Source of the DNA: an uncultured virus (IMG/VR IMGVR_UViG_3300021958_000055)
Lineage: Duplodnaviria > Heunggongvirae > Uroviricota > Caudoviricetes
Strand: one strand, 5' to 3'
IMG/VR virus record: IMGVR_UViG_3300021958_000055
Length of the DNA: 64,000 nt
Both the position numbers and the translations under genes were made by a program. A model generated the notes under the pieces. That model was not told the DNA's origin. It did no database searches and was given only the letters and a program-made list of their open reading frames with translations. Positions 1 to 6,889 of the stretch are shown here, one piece after another. Position 1 is the stretch's first letter; each line of letters opens with the position of its first letter.

Positions 1-53
1 AGACCTCCTGCTTACAAGGTTGAAATTAAAGAACTATATCCTATAAGTGATTT

Positions 54-734
54 ATGACAGATAAAATAAATTATAAATTATTTAAGCCGTTTGGTTCTAC
101 TTTGGCTAAAGCTGAACTACCTTTAGAATTAGTTAAAGATTTTAAACAAGATTTAAAAAACATTAGGTCCGATGAGAAGAAAAAAAAGGAGCACCAATGG
201 GGTGATAAATTAGTTGGTCATGTACATGAAGAATATCTTATATCGCCTGAAGTAATGCTAAAATGGAAAAGAGCCTTTTTTGATCCGATTATAGCTTCTT
301 ATACTAATGCTCATTATAAATCTGAAAAGGTCCAAAAAATTTTAATTAATAGTGCTTGGTTTGTTGTATCTAAACCTGGAGATTTTAACCCTTGCCATAG
401 ACATACTGAATATGTGAGAGGTAATTATCATTTATCGGCTGCAGGTTGGTTGCAGATCCCTAGTTCAATTAATCCTACTAAGAATGCTAAACCTTTTAAT
501 GACTTTTCCGGTGAAACAGAATTTATTGAAGGTTCGGAAGGGATGTTTACAGATACTAATTACAGGATTTCACCTAAAGACATGGAGAGAACTTTTGTGC
601 TCTTTCCTAATAACTTAACGCATACTGTATATCCTTTTGATTCACCTAATAAAGATGATGAAAGAATTAGTTTTTCTTTTAATGCAACTATTATGTTTGA
701 TTTAGGTAATAAACAAGAGAAACCAACTCAATAA
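54..734 (+). CDS. putative 2OG-Fe(II) oxygenase
   Basis: DFNPCHRH ... FPNNLTHTVYPF ... ERISFSFN: metal-binding His residues and RxS motif of marine-phage 2OG-Fe(II) oxygenases. Confidence 0.8.
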   Translation: MTDKINYKLFKPFGSTLAKAELPLELVKDFKQDLKNIRSDEKKKKEHQWGDKLVGHVHEEYLISPEVMLKWKRAFFDPIIASYTNAHYKSEKVQKILINSAWFVVSKPGDFNPCHRHTEYVRGNYHLSAAGWLQIPSSINPTKNAKPFNDFSGETEFIEGSEGMFTDTNYRISPKDMERTFVLFPNNLTHTVYPFDSPNKDDERISFSFNATIMFDLGNKQEKPTQ

Positions 735-749
735 CAATAAATAATTCTA

Positions 750-935
750 TCAATTTCTAAAATTTCCTTTCCTTCTTTGTATAGCTATTGCCATTCTGCC
801 TATAGCTATATTTTTTGCTGTTTCAATAAATCTTTTAACATTTGGGTCATTACAATAGTCGCCATAACTAATCTTCTCTTTTACTTCATTTGGCAAACTA
901 TCGTACTCTGCTCTTAATGTGGTTGTCAGTTTCAT
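750..935 (-). CDS. hypothetical protein (likely start MKLTT)
   Basis: ORF track 750..974; the internal ATG is the more plausible start. Confidence 0.45.
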   Translation of the reverse strand: MKLTTTLRAEYDSLPNEVKEKISYGDYCNDPNVKRFIETAKNIAIGRMAIAIQRRKGNFRN

Positions 936-1008
936 ATAGCTAAAATAACATAAGTTAAGTAACCCAAGACACAAACAATAAGCATTATATCAAATAATAT
1001 ATCTTCGT

Positions 1009-1254
1009 TCATATTTTTCTTTCTGTTATTGTTAAATCTAATGAATCTACAATAAAAGTTCCGTAAGTTTTATGTTTAAACTCCCAAAACTCTAAATCTA
1101 TTTGTTCATCATAGAAATCTTCAGACAAGTGTTTATTATATAAAGTTAAAGTTTTAGGTGCTTTAATATTATCAGAAAAAAGTTTGCCATTAACTTCCTT
1201 TACTCTTGATAGATTTGCACCTTTTTTAATTTTATAAATGGTTTGATTTATCAT
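1009..1254 (-). CDS. hypothetical early protein
   Basis: ORF abutting its neighbour in a minus-strand run. Confidence 0.6.
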   Translation of the reverse strand: MINQTIYKIKKGANLSRVKEVNGKLFSDNIKAPKTLTLYNKHLSEDFYDEQIDLEFWEFKHKTYGTFIVDSLDLTITERKI

Positions 1255-1539
1255 TTAATACTCCCTTATTATTTTCCTTTCTTTTTTGTTTTCACTTAAA
1301 TATTCTTTATGATCTTTCATAAAGCTATTATCTTTATCTGTATATTCAGCATTAATTTGAATACTAGCACCATTTAAGCAAATTGGATTTTCTTTACTTA
1401 ATTCAGCAGTTAAACAAAACTTAGCTTTTGGTAATATTCCATAATAAATGTGAATATGGTCTTTAAAAATATAAAGTAATTGCTCCATATTTTCTAAAGT
1501 TAGTTTTTTTGCTACTTTTATAACTTCATTTCTTTTCAT
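1255..1539 (-). CDS. hypothetical early protein
   Basis: ORF with GGGGGAG SD, overlapping the upstream stop. Confidence 0.6.
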   Translation of the reverse strand: MKRNEVIKVAKKLTLENMEQLLYIFKDHIHIYYGILPKAKFCLTAELSKENPICLNGASIQINAEYTDKDNSFMKDHKEYLSENKKERKIIREY

Positions 1540-1727
1540 ATTGCTCCCCCTTTTATTTTTTTTATAATATCAACATCTACATTATGTATTTCTGCTAATC
1601 TTTCATAATTATCATTATTACTATTGTAGATTGCTTTTATGATTTTACCACTTAATGAAATTTTATTTTTAGCATCAAAATATATAATTTCATTTAGATT
1701 TATATTTTTTGGTTTCGCTGTAATCAT
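1536..1727 (-). CDS. hypothetical early protein (likely start MITAK)
   Basis: SD GAAAGGGGGAG precedes an internal ATG of ORF 1536..1820. Confidence 0.5.
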   Translation of the reverse strand: MITAKPKNINLNEIIYFDAKNKISLSGKIIKAIYNSNNDNYERLAEIHNVDVDIIKKIKGGAI

Positions 1728-1838
1728 ATTACTCCCCCTTTCATTTCTATTATTAGTTGCTCTATTTGTGGTGCATATTGCAACACACAAAATAGAAAGT
1801 ACATAATCATTATAAGACAAGCAAAGTTTAATAGTTCT

Positions 1839-2069
1839 TTAATTGTTTGCATCTTTATTACCTCCTCTAAAACCAAATGTTTTTTCTTCATTTTTTTCTA
1901 GTTTTTTAATAAAGCTATCAATTTTTTTTTGGTCTAATGTAATGTCATATTTAGAGTAACTATTAACCCTATCAATTACAACTTCACTACAAGGATTTGA
2001 TTTATACTTTTGAGATAGCATAGTAACCATTTCGCTTATAATAGCTAAATCATATTTATTTATTTTCAT
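1839..2069 (-). CDS. hypothetical early protein
   Basis: ORF with SD AGGGGGAATA. Confidence 0.6.
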   Translation of the reverse strand: MKINKYDLAIISEMVTMLSQKYKSNPCSEVVIDRVNSYSKYDITLDQKKIDSFIKKLEKNEEKTFGFRGGNKDANN

Positions 2070-2077
2070 TATTCCCC

Positions 2078-2431
2078 CTATTTATAATATATTTCTAAAT
2101 TAACATTATTATTATTATCATCAGCAGTAACAACTTTTACTTTATTTAAAGTAAATTTTTTAATCCAATTAATAAAATTACTAATATCTTTTGTATTAGC
2201 TTTTTCATTAAATTGGACATTTTGTTGATACTTCATATTTTTATAATAATATCCGTCTAATGGTTGTAGTGTAGCTTTTCCATTAATTTCATTATCAATA
2301 TATTGATTAATAAATTCATAACAAAATTCGGCATCTTTAAGTTTCTTATAAGTTTTTTTATTAGACTCATAAGACATACTTAGACTAATCATATCTTTTA
2401 CAGACATATTAGGATGATTAATTATTTTCAT
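2078..2431 (-). CDS. hypothetical early protein downstream of the hammerhead ribozyme
   Basis: ORF with SD GAAAGGAAG. Confidence 0.65.
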   Translation of the reverse strand: MKIINHPNMSVKDMISLSMSYESNKKTYKKLKDAEFCYEFINQYIDNEINGKATLQPLDGYYYKNMKYQQNVQFNEKANTKDISNFINWIKKFTLNKVKVVTADDNNNNVNLEIYYK

Positions 2432-2454
2432 TGTCTTCCTTTCGTTTTGTTTCT

Positions 2455-2508
2455 GACCTCATCAGCGTTGTAATTAACAACGGACACCCTAAAAAGGGTG
2501 TTTCGGTC
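2455..2508 (-). ncRNA. type II hammerhead ribozyme
   Basis: Minus strand GACC-GAAA-CACCCT-TTTT-AGGGTG-TC-CGTTGT-TAATT-ACAACG-CTGATGA-GGTC: intact CUGAUGA and GAAA core, three closing stems, GUC cleavage triplet; intergenic. Confidence 0.92.
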
Positions 2509-2509
2509 T

Positions 2510-2995
2510 TTAAGCAACCTTTTTTTCTTGTTGTTCTTGGTATAATTCCCAATTAACCAAAGATACATAATCAAGGTTTGCAAGATATTTTATATCCTCA
2601 TCAAGCCAAGCCTTTCTAATTTTATCGCCATAATTCTCAACGATTGCTTGAGCATATAAACAAGATTTTCTAATATTTAATAAATCTTTTATTTTCCATT
2701 TTTCTATAGTTAAAAGATTTTGTGCAATATGTTTAACTGTAAACATTTTGGCACAATCATTAATTGATGCTGAATCTTTGTGATATTCAGACCAATCCCC
2801 AACCCTATGCTGTTTTTCATCTTTTCTATTCATTTTAAATAAATCATCTCTATATGGTGTCCAAGTGATATTGCTTAAAACATATAATTTAGAAAATGCT
2901 TTATTTATTCTTTTTACTATTTCTTTTTGCTCTTTGTTCATTGTCTCCCTTTTGTTTATATTAACTTGATTTGCTTTCATACTTATCTTGTACAC
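2510..2995 (-). CDS. hypothetical early protein (start probably MNKEQ near 2941)
   Basis: 161-aa ORF; SD AAAGGGAG precedes the internal ATG. Confidence 0.65.
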   Translation of the reverse strand: MYKISMKANQVNINKRETMNKEQKEIVKRINKAFSKLYVLSNITWTPYRDDLFKMNRKDEKQHRVGDWSEYHKDSASINDCAKMFTVKHIAQNLLTIEKWKIKDLLNIRKSCLYAQAIVENYGDKIRKAWLDEDIKYLANLDYVSLVNWELYQEQQEKKVA

Positions 2996-3043
2996 TATTT
3001 GTATTGTATTGCAAGAAATATTATTATTTTTATTAAGGTATTT

Positions 3044-3058
3044 GTTCTGCTTTTGTTC
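3044..3058. promoter_or_regulatory. alphaproteobacterial-type LexA (SOS) box GTTC-N7-GTTC
   Basis: GTTCTGCTTTTGTTC in the divergent control region. Confidence 0.55.
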
Positions 3059-3079
3059 CAGGTAAATTAGGGGGTTGAT

Positions 3080-3475
3080 TACCCAAAATTTGTGTATATA
3101 AGGTCAATCAGGGATATGAAGAAAAAGGGTTTTACAATAATACCTAATCAAGTCATTTGGGATGATGATTTATGTAATGATAGTAAACATCTATTTACTT
3201 ACATAAAATCATTATCTGAGAAATATAGAACATTAAGAAATACAACCTTGATGGCTAAACTAAATATCTCTATTAATACACTTCAGAAATGTAAAAGAGA
3301 ATTAGTAAAAAATGGCTATCTTGTTATCCACAGAAGAACCTCTGCTAATCTCTATGAGCTAAGACTACCCAAAAAAAGGGTAACCCCCCTATCAAATTCT
3401 ACGCAACTGACTAACCAAAATTTGGGTAGTATTAAGAAGAGTAATACTAACTTATATAATACTAATATATATAAG
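3080..3475. other. candidate replication origin: three 17-bp palindromic sites followed by an AT-rich tract
   Basis: TACCCAAAATTTGTGTA 3080-3096, TACCCAAAAAAAGGGTA 3366-3382, TAACCAAAATTTGGGTA 3412-3428, then an AT-rich run. Confidence 0.55.
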
Positions 3476-3511
3476 AAAGGTTTTAAGGGTTTAAAAAAAT
3501 TTGATGAATAA
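3116..3511 (+). CDS. helix-turn-helix replication initiator-like protein
   Basis: GFTIIPN ... L..KL.IS.NT..K...ELV..GYL, typical of phage replisome-organiser N-termini; ATG at 3116 follows AGGGA. Confidence 0.6.
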   Translation: MKKKGFTIIPNQVIWDDDLCNDSKHLFTYIKSLSEKYRTLRNTTLMAKLNISINTLQKCKRELVKNGYLVIHRRTSANLYELRLPKKRVTPLSNSTQLTNQNLGSIKKSNTNLYNTNIYKKGFKGLKKFDE

Positions 3512-3809
3512 GTTAAATTCAACTCCCCCCTTGCCTTACACTTATAAAGGTAAACCATTACAAAAGATAAGAGGTAACAATTACACAAAAGAGGAAAAGA
3601 TTGAATTGATACAGCAGTTATGGAATGATTATTATGGGGGAATGATTAAGGCACAAGTTCTAACTAACATTGTATTAGACAACTTATATCCCTCATATAC
3701 TGCTCAGCTTATTTTAAATGATATGATGGAGAAAGGGATCTTAAAAAAAAATCCATTCACATTAACAGACAAACCTATTTTCAAGAAAAAGGGTCTTTTT
3801 GATTGGTAA
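3501..3809 (+). CDS. hypothetical protein
   Basis: ORF overlapping the initiator gene end. Confidence 0.55.
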   Translation: MMNKLNSTPPLPYTYKGKPLQKIRGNNYTKEEKIELIQQLWNDYYGGMIKAQVLTNIVLDNLYPSYTAQLILNDMMEKGILKKNPFTLTDKPIFKKKGLFDW

Positions 3810-3878
3810 ACTACATATAGTATGATATAGGAAATTATGCACTATAAACCCTTTATAGGCATTTTATGTTGCAACATC

Positions 3879-3917
3879 GGTGTAGGCGCTACTTATTCCC
3901 TTTCTTAGCGCCTCACC
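3879..3917. ncRNA. GC-rich hairpin with an anti-SD-like loop (candidate sRNA or leader element)
   Basis: GGTGtAGGCGCTA / TAGCGCCTCACC stem, loop CTTATTCCCTTTCT. Confidence 0.45.
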
Positions 3918-3961
3918 AACTATCTATGACAGTTTAAAGGGTACTTTTGAAAGGATTTGAT

Positions 3962-4387
3962 ATGGCTGGAAGACCTAGAAAACTTACAAAGAAATTAACG
4001 GATCTAATTATAGATTATTTAAGTGATGGTTTAACCATTCGCCAGGTATTTGAAAAACCTGAAATAGATTACACTTGGACTTCATTTAGAAAAGAATTAG
4101 TGGCAGACTCAGACTTGATGGATCGTTATCAGAAAGCAAAAGAATTAGCGATTGATCTAGAGCTCTCAAACTTGAAAGATAAAAGATTAGAACTAGAGGC
4201 AAAGATTGAGTCAGGAGACATAGACGGCAAAGCCGGACAGAATTTAGTAAACCTTTACAAGATTATAGTGGCATCTAGTCAATGGTCTGCTAGTAAATTG
4301 TCATCAAAACGATACGGAAAAGCTGCAGAACTGACAATAAAAGGCGATAAGGAACAACCATTGTCAATTTCTTGGCAGACAGAATAA
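3962..4387 (+). CDS. terS: terminase small subunit (Sf6/P22-like HTH type), phage A
   Basis: MAGRPRKL ... G.TIRQ ... L.DRYQKAKE ... W.ASKL..KRYG pattern; upstream of TerL. Confidence 0.75.
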   Translation: MAGRPRKLTKKLTDLIIDYLSDGLTIRQVFEKPEIDYTWTSFRKELVADSDLMDRYQKAKELAIDLELSNLKDKRLELEAKIESGDIDGKAGQNLVNLYKIIVASSQWSASKLSSKRYGKAAELTIKGDKEQPLSISWQTE

Positions 4388-4660
4388 GCTAGAAGTGTTG
4401 ATTTTATTAGATGTGTTGCATTTCTTGCACAGATAAAACACAAAAGTTATATGTGATTAGAACAAAACAGCAACAAAACTATTAGTAGTGATAACATTTA
4501 TTATCATTAATGAAATTTCCTATAACGTTAAGTTATCGGAACTATTGTTTTAGTGGTTTTCCAGGAGTTAAACACAAGATATGGGGGTTTTGTTTTGGGG
4601 TACACCCATTTTTTGTTGTTGTCGTTAGATAAATATTGATACAAGGTATAAACAAACAAA

Positions 4661-4846
4661 ATGGATAATTACATATTGAAAACAATCATATTTATTACGA
4701 AAGACAAAAGAACTAATAAACCTGTTGTCATTACACAATGGAATGGTTTTGAAACTGAACAAGAAGCTCTTGACTTTTCAAACTATTTAAAAGAAATGAC
4801 ATTAGATGAGATGCTTGAAGAAAATCCAAAAGACACAATTCATTAA
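4661..4846 (+). CDS. hypothetical protein
   Basis: 61-aa ORF in the packaging operon. Confidence 0.55.
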   Translation: MDNYILKTIIFITKDKRTNKPVVITQWNGFETEQEALDFSNYLKEMTLDEMLEENPKDTIH

Positions 4847-5615
4847 GGGGGGTTTTGTTTGTCAAAAAATAAATTGATAATGGGAGATTGCTTAGACGAA
4901 CTTCCTAAAATTTTTGATAAAAATATTGATTTAGTCCTGACCGATCCACCTTATGGAACGACACAATGTAAGTGGGATAGTATAATTCCATTTGAGCCAA
5001 TGTGGAAAGAACTTAAAAGAATTATTAAAGATAATGGCTGTATAGCTTTGTTTGGTAGCGAACCTTTTAGTAGTAATCTTAGAATTTCTAATATTAAAAA
5101 TTATAAATATGATTGGATATGGCAAAAAGATAATGGAACAGGATTTGCTAATGCAAAAAAACAACCATTAAGAAAATATGAAAATATATCTATCTTTTAC
5201 AACAAAAGATCAATTTATAATCCACAAATGCGAATTGGTAAACCTTATAAAATTAAAAGTGGTAAAAGAAACAAAGGTACAGAAACTTTATCAGGAAAAA
5301 AATTACAAAAAAACAATAAATCAAATATAGCTTCTTATTATAGATCAGAAAATTATAACAATGGTACAAGATACCCAATAAATATAATAGATTTTAAAAG
5401 AGAAAGAGGATTACACCCAACTCAAAAACCAGTAGCTTTACTTGAATATCTAATAAAAACCTATACTAATGAAAATGATACTGTATTAGATTTTACAATG
5501 GGTTCAGGTTCTACTGGTGTTGCTTGTAAAAACCTTAATAGAAAGTTCATAGGTATTGAAAAAGATGAGAAATATTTTGATATTGCCAAACAAAGAATTG
5601 AGGGGGGTTTTGTTT
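4846..5615 (+). repeat. 15-bp direct repeat AGGGGGGTTTTGTTT flanking the methyltransferase
   Basis: copies at 4846-4860 and 5601-5615; partial third copy at 4583-4596. Confidence 0.85.
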
Positions 5616-5623
5616 TAAAATGA
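4859..5623 (+). CDS. N6-adenine/N4-cytosine DNA methyltransferase (beta class), orphan
   Basis: TDPPY catalytic motif, HPTQKP, and DFTMGSGSTG SAM-binding motif in beta order. Confidence 0.92.
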   Translation: MSKNKLIMGDCLDELPKIFDKNIDLVLTDPPYGTTQCKWDSIIPFEPMWKELKRIIKDNGCIALFGSEPFSSNLRISNIKNYKYDWIWQKDNGTGFANAKKQPLRKYENISIFYNKRSIYNPQMRIGKPYKIKSGKRNKGTETLSGKKLQKNNKSNIASYYRSENYNNGTRYPINIIDFKRERGLHPTQKPVALLEYLIKTYTNENDTVLDFTMGSGSTGVACKNLNRKFIGIEKDEKYFDIAKQRIEGGFVLK

Positions 5624-6888
5624 AACAAATCGTCATTCCTTACAAACCAAGAGAAATCCAAAAATTTTTGCACAAAAAATGCGATGTGAACCGGTTCAAT
5701 GTAATCATTGTTCACAGGAGAGGAGGCAAAACAGTCTTTGCTATCAACCATTTAATTAAAGCTGCACTTACCAATAAAAGACCTTATCCTAGATACGCCT
5801 TTATTTCGCCATACCGACTACAAGGTAAATCTACGGCATGGGATTATATGAAACAATTTTCTGCTGCTGTACCAGGAACTAAATTTAACGAATCAGAACT
5901 AAGGGTAGATTTCTCTGTGAATAATTCCAGAATACAAATCATAGGTGCTGAGAATAGTTCGGCAATAAGAGGTCAATACTTTGATGGAATTATTGTAGAT
6001 GAAACCCAAAACATAGCTCCTGATATGTTTGATACCATCTTAAGACCCTGTCTGTCAGATAGAAAAGGTTTCGCAATCTTCATCGGTACGCCAATGGGTC
6101 GTAATTGGTTTTTTGATTTACATCAAAGAGCTAAAGAAACAAAAGATTGGTTTACTTGTCAGTTTAAAGCTAGTGAAACCAAGATCATACCTCAAGAAGA
6201 ATTAGATGCTGCCAAAGCCACAATGTCCGTAGATGCTTATGAACAAGAGTTTGAATGTTCATTTCAAGCTGGAGTGTCCGGCAGTTATTATGGCAGTATT
6301 ATGGAAGATTTAGAGAAGAAAAATAAGGTGAGAGATTTTGAAATAGACCTTAATTTGGAAGTAGAAACTTGGTGGGATTTAGGAATGAATGACAGCACAG
6401 TAATTACTTTTGCACAAAGAAGAGATAATGAGATTAGAATTATAGATTGTTATGAGAACTCAAGTGAGGGATTAGAGCATTATGCTAATGTGCTAGATGA
6501 GAAACCTTATACTTATTCAAAACATATCGCACCCCATGATATTAGGGTTAGAGAGATTGGCACTAATAAATCTAGGTGGGAGACGGCAAAAGAACTAGGT
6601 ATAGAATTTGAAGTTGCTCCTAAGTTGAGTATTGAAGACGGCATAGAACAATCAAGACGATTGCTGCCAAAATGCTATTTCCATAAAAGTAATTGCAAAA
6701 TGCTTGTAGAAGCGTTAAAAAGCTATTGTAAGCGTTGGGATAGTAAAAATAACTGTTTCAGAAATAAACCTATTCATAACTGGGCATCCCACTTTTGTGA
6801 TAGCTTTAGATACGGAGCTGTAGTAGAACCTATAGAAAGAAGTGATTGGAAAAAACCAATTAGCGTTAATACAAATTACATAGTTTAA
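5620..6888 (+). CDS. terL: terminase large subunit, phage A
   Basis: Walker A HRRGGKT, Walker B IIVDE, GTPMG, nuclease WDLG and H..DSFRY. Confidence 0.95.
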   Translation: MKQIVIPYKPREIQKFLHKKCDVNRFNVIIVHRRGGKTVFAINHLIKAALTNKRPYPRYAFISPYRLQGKSTAWDYMKQFSAAVPGTKFNESELRVDFSVNNSRIQIIGAENSSAIRGQYFDGIIVDETQNIAPDMFDTILRPCLSDRKGFAIFIGTPMGRNWFFDLHQRAKETKDWFTCQFKASETKIIPQEELDAAKATMSVDAYEQEFECSFQAGVSGSYYGSIMEDLEKKNKVRDFEIDLNLEVETWWDLGMNDSTVITFAQRRDNEIRIIDCYENSSEGLEHYANVLDEKPYTYSKHIAPHDIRVREIGTNKSRWETAKELGIEFEVAPKLSIEDGIEQSRRLLPKCYFHKSNCKMLVEALKSYCKRWDSKNNCFRNKPIHNWASHFCDSFRYGAVVEPIERSDWKKPISVNTNYIV

Positions 6889-6889
6889 T

